Assembly (NCBI GenBank): GCA_039586795.1
Contig: JBDHJS010000001.1
Location: 64,001-128,000, forward strand
Direction: 5' to 3'
Source of the DNA: Gemmatimonadota bacterium
GTDB lineage: Bacteria > Gemmatimonadota > Gemmatimonadetes > Palauibacterales > KS3-K002
Length of the DNA: 64,000 nucleotides
The position numbers and the translations under genes were made by a program. Shown one piece after another: positions 50,957 through 59,555 of this stretch. Each line of letters begins with the position of its first letter. Position 1 is the stretch's first letter. The notes under the pieces are model-generated. The model searched no databases and was not told the origin of the DNA. It saw only the letters and a program-made list of their open reading frames with translations.

Positions 50957-51727
50957 ATGACGACGCGGGAGGTTGTACCGCGAGAGATTCAGGTCGGGAG
51001 TCATCGGCTTCACTACTGCGATGCCGGCATGGGTGCGCCTCTCATAATGATACACGGCCTGGGCGCCTCGTCGCGCTGGTGGTTCCCGCTCTTCCCGCAG
51101 CTGACGGCCTCTAACTTCCGAGCTCTAACGCCCGATCTGCCGGGATTCGGCCGCTCACCCGGCACGGCCCTCAATATCGAGCACGCGGCGCGGGCGATCA
51201 TAGCGTTTGCGGACAAGCTGGAGCTGGGCCAGTTCTTCCTCAGCGGGCATTCGATGGGCGGCGCGGTGGCGGCTCAGCTGGCCGCCAATCACCCGGGGCG
51301 CGTGCGGCGGTTGATACTCGTGGACAGCGCCGGCGTGCCTGGCACGGGACCACTCACAATGCTCGGCCGCCTCATCCAGCCCTGGACGTGGTGTCCGCTC
51401 TGGTTCTACTCGACGTTACTGGGGGACGCGGCGCGGGCGGGTCCGAGGTCGATGATGCGCGGTGCGGGAGAGCTGCGACACCATGACATTCGGCCTGCGT
51501 TACGGCGCGTGCGTGCACCGACGCTCATCATCTGGGGTCGCAAAGATACGTTGACGCCGCTCGAACACGGCCGGGCGATGCTATCCGAGCTCAAAGATGG
51601 GCGCCTCGAAATAGTCGACGGTGTGCGTCACCTGCCTATGGTAAGCGACGCTGGAACGACGGCGCGGCTAGTGGTGGACTTTCTTATGGAGGATCTGCGG
51701 CAGCGGAAACTCGAACGCGCCGACTAG
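50957..51727 (+). CDS. Alpha/beta hydrolase
   Basis: HG, DLPGFG, GHSMGG nucleophile, WG..D, His near the C-terminus. Confidence 0.92.
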   Translation: MTTREVVPREIQVGSHRLHYCDAGMGAPLIMIHGLGASSRWWFPLFPQLTASNFRALTPDLPGFGRSPGTALNIEHAARAIIAFADKLELGQFFLSGHSMGGAVAAQLAANHPGRVRRLILVDSAGVPGTGPLTMLGRLIQPWTWCPLWFYSTLLGDAARAGPRSMMRGAGELRHHDIRPALRRVRAPTLIIWGRKDTLTPLEHGRAMLSELKDGRLEIVDGVRHLPMVSDAGTTARLVVDFLMEDLRQRKLERAD

Positions 51728-52527
51728 TTCGACCCTTCTGATGCGCCTCCGAGCATGGCCACTGTGAGTTTTTCACCGATCGTGTAGTCGGTCATCTCCA
51801 GTGTCACCGTTCCTACCTTGAGCTTTGTCACCAACTTCACCAGCATGCGGTGCTCGTCATCGGTAACGTAGACTTCGGCCTCACCGCCCTCTGAGAAGAT
51901 GCCTTTCGCCTTGATGATCGGGCGCACGACGATCGTCTCGAACTCGCCTCCGGGCACCTTCACCTTCTCGCGGCGCAACACCTGTAGAACCACAGGGTTG
52001 CGGTCGTAGCGAAAATAGTTGTTCCATTCATACTGTTCGCCGACCTCAAGGGGCACGGAACGCACGAAGTAGACGAACGAGCCGTCATCCAGGGCGCCTG
52101 GAGGTATGGAGTCGCTCTCACCGGTACTCTGGGTGTAGAGTCTGTTTTCCAGATCGAACTCGTACTCGCGCTGGCGTTCGTAGCTTCCTTGCTTGCTGTC
52201 CTGTCGGTAGCGGCGACTGGCCAACAGGCTGACGTCGAGCCATGACTCCTGCACATCACGCAGCTTGTAGAACGGCACCGATCCCTGGATCTCCGACCGC
52301 AGGTGATAGGTTGGGAATCCGGCGACCGTGTCGATCCCTGCTACTTCCATCACGGCTTCGCCAACCTTCAGCGGGCCGAACTTCACCCGGTAGTCAAAGC
52401 GTTCACCCACTCCGAACGGTACGGAAGCTATCTCGGGCACCGCCGTATCGGACGAGGTTGTATCCTCCTGTGCCACTGCGGACAGCGCGGCAAAAAGGAT
52501 CAGGAATCCGGCGAACAATCTCATCAT
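51724..52527 (-). CDS. DUF3108 domain exported protein
   Basis: Signal peptide; PFGVGERFDY, VKVPGGEF, VYVTDD. Confidence 0.75.
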   Translation of the reverse strand: MMRLFAGFLILFAALSAVAQEDTTSSDTAVPEIASVPFGVGERFDYRVKFGPLKVGEAVMEVAGIDTVAGFPTYHLRSEIQGSVPFYKLRDVQESWLDVSLLASRRYRQDSKQGSYERQREYEFDLENRLYTQSTGESDSIPPGALDDGSFVYFVRSVPLEVGEQYEWNNYFRYDRNPVVLQVLRREKVKVPGGEFETIVVRPIIKAKGIFSEGGEAEVYVTDDEHRMLVKLVTKLKVGTVTLEMTDYTIGEKLTVAMLGGASEGSN

Positions 52528-53243
52528 CCCCTCAACATGCTCACGTACATCCGAGCGGCCCTCCACACGGATTGCCGGCTTCGCCGCATATGTCGGTCGT
52601 AGCGCAGCTGTGAGGGAGTCTCTTCAACACGTTTGGTATGTGGCGCGACCGCGGCCAACAACTCCAAGCTGGCCGCCCAACCGTCGCGACGTATCACCGG
52701 CTCGGTATCGCTGTCCTTCAGCGTGCGCTTGAGCAAGCCAACGCGGTAGGCGCGAAGACCCGAGATCGGATCGCTCACCTGTTCCGGAATGCCATATCGG
52801 CGCTCCAACCACGGTAGACCTCTGCGCAGCCACCGAACGGTCCACGGTACCTTCACACCGTTTGGCGGCTGAGCGGCGACTACCAGGTCGGCTCCGCCCT
52901 CGATGCGCTTGACGAGGGTCGGTATCGCCGAGGGCTCATCCGTGAAATCAGCCTGCAGCGTGACTGCCACGTCGCGCCGCGGGTAGGCACAGCGCCGAAC
53001 GACATCGCGAAGGAGCTTCTCGAGAGAGTGGCCATGGCCCTGGCGCGTTTCGTTACGCAGGATCTCGACCGGGAGGACCTGGGCATACGGCTCAACGACC
53101 TCGTAGGTACGATCGGTTGAACCGTCGTCCAGGAAGAGAATGAGGTAGTCGCGGCCGAACTCCGCCATCACCTGTCGGATCTTCCAGAGCAGGACTCCGG
53201 CCGTGCGCTCTTCGTTGTGCGCTGGTATGCAGATATAGATCAC
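52524..53243 (-). CDS. Family 2 glycosyltransferase
   Basis: IPAHNEE, DDGSTDRT; QAD at the DxD position. Confidence 0.88.
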   Translation of the reverse strand: MIYICIPAHNEERTAGVLLWKIRQVMAEFGRDYLILFLDDGSTDRTYEVVEPYAQVLPVEILRNETRQGHGHSLEKLLRDVVRRCAYPRRDVAVTLQADFTDEPSAIPTLVKRIEGGADLVVAAQPPNGVKVPWTVRWLRRGLPWLERRYGIPEQVSDPISGLRAYRVGLLKRTLKDSDTEPVIRRDGWAASLELLAAVAPHTKRVEETPSQLRYDRHMRRSRQSVWRAARMYVSMLRG

Positions 53244-53298
53244 TGCTGGATAACGTCTCTATTGTATCGCGCCCGCGGCCCCATGACCGCGCGCTCGG

Positions 53299-54195
53299 TT
53301 ACTTGCTCTTCTCTCTACTTCTATTACCTGCCACAGCCGGCTCTGTTCCCGGCGGCACTGTCTTCCACCGTTTATGATGCCAAAAATACTGTTCTGGGTA
53401 AAGCCGGGCCCTCCGCTCCACCTCGGCGACCCACCTGGCGGTAAGCTCCGCGACCCTGTCTTTCATGCTGCCGCGAGCCGGTGGCTCGATCCTGACCAAC
53501 CAGGAGTTGTACTCACGCGGCCCGATCCGATGAGTTCCGCCGGCCATGAATGGTGCGCCGGTGCGCACGGCCAGCAGAGCCGGCCCGCGGGCGGTAGAAG
53601 CGGGGCGGCCGAAGAAGGGAACAAAGACGCCGCCGGTTCTTGCGTCCTGATCCGCAACGAAGGCGACGACGCGGCCAGCGGCCAGGCTGCGTGTCATCGG
53701 GGCCAACCCGTCTCGGCGGTCAATCAATCCCATGCCGTTGCGGTTGCGCGTCTTCATGATGAATCGGTTGAGGCGCGGATTACCGAGTTCCTGCATCACG
53801 GCGTCCACAGGCATGCCAAGCGTGGCCAGACTGGAGCCGGCCAGCTCCCAATTACCGAAGTGGCCGCTTACCACAATCAGCCCCTTCCCTTCTTTGAACG
53901 CGGCCTTCGCGTCGTCAGCGCCTTCGAATATCACGACCCGTCGCTCGACCTCGGCGGGCCAACGCCGCGTCACATAGGGAACGGATAGCCACTCGCGGCC
54001 CACGTGCTCATACGCCGATCGAGCCGTTTGTCGTACCCATCTGTCGTCGCGGTCGGGATAGGCGCGGGAGATTTGCTCTTCGACGACGGAGCTTCGCCAG
54101 CCCAAGCGATAAGCAAGTCGCCCCGCCCAGCTGCCAACTGCTTCGCCGACTCCCGGCGGCGTGCGCCCGAGCACCTCGTAGGCGAGGCGTGCCAA
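53299..54195 (-). CDS. Lipid A late acyltransferase (LpxL/HtrB family)
   Basis: HFGNWE, FVADQ, PFFGRPA, PEQYFWHHKRWK. Confidence 0.9.
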   Translation of the reverse strand: MARLAYEVLGRTPPGVGEAVGSWAGRLAYRLGWRSSVVEEQISRAYPDRDDRWVRQTARSAYEHVGREWLSVPYVTRRWPAEVERRVVIFEGADDAKAAFKEGKGLIVVSGHFGNWELAGSSLATLGMPVDAVMQELGNPRLNRFIMKTRNRNGMGLIDRRDGLAPMTRSLAAGRVVAFVADQDARTGGVFVPFFGRPASTARGPALLAVRTGAPFMAGGTHRIGPREYNSWLVRIEPPARGSMKDRVAELTARWVAEVERRARLYPEQYFWHHKRWKTVPPGTEPAVAGNRSREKSK

Positions 54196-54224
54196 GCCGT
54201 ACTCAAACGCTTTGCGGACGGTAC

Positions 54225-56066
54225 TCAGGGCACCTTCACCTCACCGCGAGCCGAAACATGGTCCGCCTCGCTGAACTGCAGTTCATAAAGACGTCGATAG
54301 ACACCGCGCCGCTCCAGCAATTCGTCGTGCTTCCCCGACTCGACGATCGCTCCGTTATCGAGAACGATGATCTGATGAGCGCCGCGGATCGTCGACAGGC
54401 GGTGAGCGACCACGATGACCGTGCGGTTGGCGAGCAGTCGGTCTATGGCGCCCTGCACGAGCCGCTCGGACTCGGTGTCGAGCGATGACGTGGCCTCGTC
54501 AAAGATGAGGAGAGGAGGGTCGCGAAGTATCGCGCGAGCGATGGCTATGCGTTGCCGTTGGCCGCCGGAAAGGCGAACCCCGCGATCGCCCAATACGGTA
54601 TCATATCCGTCGGGAAGTCGCTCGATGAATTCGTGGGCGTTGGCGGCGCGCGCCGCGTCCTCGATCTCTTTCTGTTCATATCGATCGGGTGCGCCGTAGG
54701 CGATGTTCGCGCGAACGGTGTCGTGGAAGATCACCGTCTCTTGCGACACGACCCCCAGCAAATCGCGTAACGAATCGAGGTGAACCTGGGAGATGTCAGC
54801 GCCATCGATCGTGATGCGTCCGCTCTGCGGCTCGTAGAAGCGGGGCAACAGGTCGACCACCGTACTCTTACCGGCGCCGGACGGGCCGACCAACGCCACG
54901 ACCTCCCCGCGCTTGACCCGGAAGTCCACGCCGTCGAGAACGGTCTCGTGACCGTCGTAGGAGAAGTGGACGTCCTCGTAGGCCACCTGATCGTCAAACC
55001 CGGGTAGTCGCGTATCGCCGCTCGCGTAGGACTCGGCGGGGGCATCGAGGATCTCGAAGAACCGTTCGGAAGCCGCCAACGAGGACTGCGCTCTGGCCGG
55101 AAACGTCGTCAGGGCCTTGATAGGCGACTGCACGCGCAAGGACACCGTAAGGAAAGTGATGAACGCCTCGGCACTCATATCACCGCTGAAGACGAATTGA
55201 GCGCCCACCCAGACGATGATCAACGTTACCACGCTGCCCAGAACCTCCGAGAGCGGAGTACTGAGCAAGCGAATTCGCTCGGTGCGGACGTAGTTCTTGA
55301 AGAACGAATGGTTGGTGTCCGCAAAGCGGCTACTTTCATATCCCTCTGCGCCGTATGCTTTGACCAAGCGCGCGCCTGTCGTCGTCTCTTGCAGCAAGGA
55401 CGTCAACTCGCCCTGAGCGTCGTACGCCTTGCGGAAACCGCGGCGCAGGCGACCGAGCATCGGCTTCAAGAAGCCGAGGAAGAGGGGCGCGACCACCAGC
55501 GCGAGCAGGGTCAGCTTCCATGAGATGAGCAGAAGCACGCTAGCGAAGGCGATGAGCGACACAGTGTGCTTGAGCAGGTCGGCCGCGGTATACGTGATGA
55601 TGTCTTTGGTAGCCTGGGTGTCAGAGAAGACACGCGCCACGAGCTGCCCCGCCTTGCTACGATCGAAGAAGCCCATGGGCAACTTCTGAATGTGCCCGTA
55701 CAGCTGATTGCGCATGTCGCGGACCACGCCCTCGCGCACCTTCATCCCAAGCACCTCGGATGTGTAGAAGAAGGCGTTCTTGAGGAGCAGTCCGACCATC
55801 ACGATGATGACTACATTGCGGAGCGACTCTGACGGGTCTTCTGCTTCGAGGAACGGACCCACGGTGGCGGCCAGCACCTTCTCCACGAGGCTCTCAGCGC
55901 CTCCAACGACCAGCGCCGCTTCGCCGAACAGCGAGCGCAGGAAGGGTATGAGAAGGACCATCGTGAAGCCATCGAGCAGCGAGCCCAGAGTCATCGCCAG
56001 GAGGCTTGCGACGAAGAGCAGGCGATAGGGTACGAGGTACCGAACGAGTCGAGCGAAGAGGCTCAC
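54225..56066 (-). CDS. msbA: MsbA-like ABC transporter (fused permease/ATPase)
   Basis: GPSGAGKS, LSGGQRQR, DEATSSLD; adjacent to the lpxL-like gene. Confidence 0.8.
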   Translation of the reverse strand: MSLFARLVRYLVPYRLLFVASLLAMTLGSLLDGFTMVLLIPFLRSLFGEAALVVGGAESLVEKVLAATVGPFLEAEDPSESLRNVVIIVMVGLLLKNAFFYTSEVLGMKVREGVVRDMRNQLYGHIQKLPMGFFDRSKAGQLVARVFSDTQATKDIITYTAADLLKHTVSLIAFASVLLLISWKLTLLALVVAPLFLGFLKPMLGRLRRGFRKAYDAQGELTSLLQETTTGARLVKAYGAEGYESSRFADTNHSFFKNYVRTERIRLLSTPLSEVLGSVVTLIIVWVGAQFVFSGDMSAEAFITFLTVSLRVQSPIKALTTFPARAQSSLAASERFFEILDAPAESYASGDTRLPGFDDQVAYEDVHFSYDGHETVLDGVDFRVKRGEVVALVGPSGAGKSTVVDLLPRFYEPQSGRITIDGADISQVHLDSLRDLLGVVSQETVIFHDTVRANIAYGAPDRYEQKEIEDAARAANAHEFIERLPDGYDTVLGDRGVRLSGGQRQRIAIARAILRDPPLLIFDEATSSLDTESERLVQGAIDRLLANRTVIVVAHRLSTIRGAHQIIVLDNGAIVESGKHDELLERRGVYRRLYELQFSEADHVSARGEVKVP

Positions 56067-57646
56067 GGCGTCTTCCCACGCGGCTTGAGGAGTGCCACCG
56101 GCAGGATCATCTCTTCAGGGCTGATGCCGCCGTGGAGAAAACTGTCCCTGTACCGAGACTGATACTCTCTCAGTTTCGTCGGATAGACGAAGAAGTAGTC
56201 CTCACGTGCGATGAGGTAGTTCGCCCTCATACCTCCCCGCGGCAACCGGGCCACCTCGCCTTCGGCCACTGTGAACACGGTTCGCGGATCTTCCGCGCGA
56301 AGGTCGTCACCGTATTTGTGGCGCAAGCTGGCCGTGGCATCACGCTTGGCGTACACAGTTGTCGGCCGCTGGCAGTGGACGGAACCGTGATCAGTGGTCA
56401 ACAGAACGCGAACACCGCGGGAGTGGATGATGCGCAGCGCGCTGCGCAGGGCCGAGCCTTCGTACCAGGCCAGAGTGAGACGGCGAAGCGCTTCAGCGTC
56501 TTTTGCCATCTCGAAAATGATCTGCGATTCGCCTCTACCGTGAGTAAGCAGGTCCACGAAGTTGAAGACGAGCGCGACAGCTCGAGGCTCATCGAGAGCA
56601 GAGGGCAAACGACGAAGCATCGCCTCGCCGTCGCTGCCGGTATGAATCTTTTCATAGTGAGTCGTGATCGAGCTATCCGTCAAACGCGCAATATGGTTGG
56701 CGAACAACTCGTGCTCGAACGAATTAAGCCCCATCTCCTCGTACTTGTCGGGCCAACCGGGTTTGAGTTGCGTGAGATCGTCGGGGAAGATCCCACCGAA
56801 GATCGCGTTACGAGCGTACGGCGTGGCGGTGGGCAGAATCGCGAAGTAGAGATCCGACTCGACCTCGAAGTCTTCTTCGATGATCGTTCGCAAAGTGCGC
56901 CACTGGTCCAGGCGGAGGCAGTCGACGACGATCAAGACCGCCGGCTCGGACCGAGCCAGGAGCGGCAGGAAGAACTGGGGTACGATATCGACGGACATCG
57001 ACGGGCGGTCTTCCTGGTCGCGGGCGACCCAGTCGCTGTAGTTCTCGATGACGAAGTCGGCGAATTCGCGCCGCGCATCGTCCTCCAGTGTGCGGAGCGA
57101 ATCGAGCAGTCCGCGCTCTTCCGCGGCGCTTAGCGCGAGCTCCCAGTCCACCAGATCCGAGTAGAGGTCCGTCCAGTCACGCCAGTTTTCGGCCGAATCG
57201 ATATTCGACCGCAAGTCCGAGTAGGCGCGAACGAAATCGCGCGCCATCTGTTCGTGGCGAAGACCCGGGCCCTCCAAGATTCGGGCGACAACAGACGCAA
57301 CCTGACGCGGGCTAGTCGGCTTGACGATGTAGTCGTCGGCGCGGCGAGCTATTGCCTCCTGGAGCGTCGCCTCCTCTTCGCTCTTGGTGACCATCACCAC
57401 GGGGACGCGGGCATCCGTAGTCCGAATCTCCCGGAGCATGTCAGTTCCGGTGCGGCCGGGCATCTCCTGATCGAGCAGGATGAGGTCGTAGCTCTGCCGG
57501 CGCAGCTGGCTCAGCGCATCGTCGCCATTGGGCAGCGTATCGACCTCGTAGCCACGCTGTTCGAGGACAAGGCGATGTGGTAGGAGGAGTTCGACTTCGT
57601 CATCCACCCACAAGATCCGCCCTTTTGGCGGTTTGATATCTCCCAT
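56063..57646 (-). CDS. PorX-like response regulator (REC plus PglZ/alkaline-phosphatase domain)
   Basis: ILWVDDE, LLDQEMPG, MVTKSEEE; DCLR, LPTATPYARNAIF, TDHG, HGGISPEEM. Confidence 0.88.
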   Translation of the reverse strand: MGDIKPPKGRILWVDDEVELLLPHRLVLEQRGYEVDTLPNGDDALSQLRRQSYDLILLDQEMPGRTGTDMLREIRTTDARVPVVMVTKSEEEATLQEAIARRADDYIVKPTSPRQVASVVARILEGPGLRHEQMARDFVRAYSDLRSNIDSAENWRDWTDLYSDLVDWELALSAAEERGLLDSLRTLEDDARREFADFVIENYSDWVARDQEDRPSMSVDIVPQFFLPLLARSEPAVLIVVDCLRLDQWRTLRTIIEEDFEVESDLYFAILPTATPYARNAIFGGIFPDDLTQLKPGWPDKYEEMGLNSFEHELFANHIARLTDSSITTHYEKIHTGSDGEAMLRRLPSALDEPRAVALVFNFVDLLTHGRGESQIIFEMAKDAEALRRLTLAWYEGSALRSALRIIHSRGVRVLLTTDHGSVHCQRPTTVYAKRDATASLRHKYGDDLRAEDPRTVFTVAEGEVARLPRGGMRANYLIAREDYFFVYPTKLREYQSRYRDSFLHGGISPEEMILPVALLKPRGKTP

Positions 57647-58326
57647 CAAAGCTTCCAGGTGTAGCTGAACCAGGTCGCGACGGCTCTGTTCGCACGCATC
57701 GCGGGCTCGAACACCCACTGACGCGCCTCCCGGATCAAGTCAGCGTTGTAGTTGCCGTCCGGGGTCGCAGGGTCGAGGCGCACGCTATCGACGGCGCCCG
57801 CCTGGTTGATGAACACCCAGACGGTAACTTCCCGACCGCGAACCGAGGCCGGGCGGCTGAGCGGAGCCATGATCACACCGCGGGGTACCGGCGGAATGAG
57901 GCGGCGAAGCCCGGACATGGCGTTCCCCGCATCACCTCCACCTTCGCCGCCCGGCAAGCCCTCTCCCGTTTCCGGCCCTTCGCGGTTCCCTTCACCGGGA
58001 TCGGGAACTTCGATCTCGCTGAACGCCAGGACCGGCTCCTCGAGCTGTTGCTCGATGGGGACGGGCTCGATGACCGGTGATTCGGGCCGTGGTGGGATCT
58101 CGATTTCCACCGGTGGCCTAAGCACCATCGCTCGCATCCCGCCACCTCCCGGAGCGGCTCGAGGATCACCACTGGCCGGCCCGGCTGCCGCGTAGGGCGT
58201 CAGCCGTTCGGCTTCGTTAATGAAGATGATGAATAGGCACAGATGGAAAAGCAGGGAGACCAGCAGGCCTATTCGCCAGGTTCTTCTCTCCTGGCGGAAT
58301 CGCTGCTCAACCTGCTCAACAGCCAT
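57646..58326 (-). CDS. TonB-like energy transducer
   Basis: TM with SLLFH, Pro/Glu-rich linker, C-terminal WVFEPA. Confidence 0.7.
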   Translation of the reverse strand: MAVEQVEQRFRQERRTWRIGLLVSLLFHLCLFIIFINEAERLTPYAAAGPASGDPRAAPGGGGMRAMVLRPPVEIEIPPRPESPVIEPVPIEQQLEEPVLAFSEIEVPDPGEGNREGPETGEGLPGGEGGGDAGNAMSGLRRLIPPVPRGVIMAPLSRPASVRGREVTVWVFINQAGAVDSVRLDPATPDGNYNADLIREARQWVFEPAMRANRAVATWFSYTWKL

Positions 58327-58366
58327 ACGCTCCAGCTCTCTCGGCTTCTAGTGACAAGATCCCGGC

Positions 58367-59551
58367 TCACCCGCCGCCTCCCTGGGTGAACTCAGCGATC
58401 TGAACTCTTCGTCCTTCACGGTCCAAAATCCACATCTCATCTTCGCCCGTGGGTATGACGTCGCTGGCAAATTTCACATCGCGAGCCACACCCAGAACAC
58501 GCGGCTCTGTGCCGCTGATGTCGACGACAGCAACGCCTTCCGGCCCGGCAGCGACGAATAGGCGATCGCCATCAAGATCGGCCGTATAGGCAAAACGCAC
58601 TCCAGTATACTCTAATACCACGCGAGGCAGCGTCGGATCCGTGGCGTCGAGTACCAGGACACCGCTCGAACCGAGGGCCACGGCGAGACGGCTTCCGTCG
58701 GCGCGTACGCTGCGGCCGCCGGCTGGCAGCTGCAGCTCGCCAAGCCTCTCGAAGCTGTTGTTGTAGGCAGCAAGCTTGTCCTCGAACAACATCCACGTGA
58801 CACGGCCGTACCGCGCGTACGTCATGTCTGTAATGAAATTGATATTCTCGATCCCGGCTAGCTCACGGGTCGCGATGGACCTTCCGTCCCTCCGCAGCTG
58901 AAGCAGGCGCAGCGAATCGAGTCCGGCGACGGCCAGTCGGTCATCGAAAGCCTCCAGGGTGCCGCCCCCTGTTTCATCGATGATCTCGCCCTGGACGCTG
59001 TCTCCACGAAGCGGGAACGATATGAGGTTCGCGTAGGTGCTGACGACGAGCACGTCGAGGCCCGACACGACCGCGATGTCTTCTATACCGCGCACCCCGC
59101 TGCCGCGTGCGAGGATCGATCCGTCTCGGTAGACAACGCGAGCGCCACCGACCCCGCTCACAGCTGCACCGCCCGGGAAGTAGGCGATGCGCTCGGGCGT
59201 TATGTCGAGGGGCACGTTCTGATATGTGTAGTCGAGGTTTGGCCCGGCGGCCATCTTGCGCTCGTTCTTGGAATCGACTTCTGATCCGATTACAAAACCG
59301 ACGAGCGCACCGACCGCTCCGCCGAGCATCGCCATACAAGTCTTGCTGTCGCAGAAGTTGCCCTTGTCTTCGTCGTCAGCCGCTAGATAGGCGGGAACAG
59401 CGACCACGACAAAGCCGAGCACGGCGTAGATGTACTTCTTGGTGCCTTTGTATTCTTGGGCCGGCACCGGTCGCGGCGCCACGACAAGGATTGCCATTGC
59501 CAGGAGCAGGGCACGCCAACCTACTACCCGGCGATTTGACGAGATGCGCAC
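58367..59551 (-). CDS. Exported beta-propeller (LVIVD-like) protein with a glycine-zipper segment
   Basis: Signal peptide; GGAVGALVGFVIG; repeats GVLVLDATDP and GVAVVDIS..P. Confidence 0.65.
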   Translation of the reverse strand: MRISSNRRVVGWRALLLAMAILVVAPRPVPAQEYKGTKKYIYAVLGFVVVAVPAYLAADDEDKGNFCDSKTCMAMLGGAVGALVGFVIGSEVDSKNERKMAAGPNLDYTYQNVPLDITPERIAYFPGGAAVSGVGGARVVYRDGSILARGSGVRGIEDIAVVSGLDVLVVSTYANLISFPLRGDSVQGEIIDETGGGTLEAFDDRLAVAGLDSLRLLQLRRDGRSIATRELAGIENINFITDMTYARYGRVTWMLFEDKLAAYNNSFERLGELQLPAGGRSVRADGSRLAVALGSSGVLVLDATDPTLPRVVLEYTGVRFAYTADLDGDRLFVAAGPEGVAVVDISGTEPRVLGVARDVKFASDVIPTGEDEMWILDREGRRVQIAEFTQGGGG

Positions 59552-59555
59552 CAAA

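Noticed and set aside
56063..57646. BREX defence system suggested by the PglZ domain
   Set aside because: The domain is fused to a receiver (PorX architecture) and no brxC, pglX or brxL genes are present.
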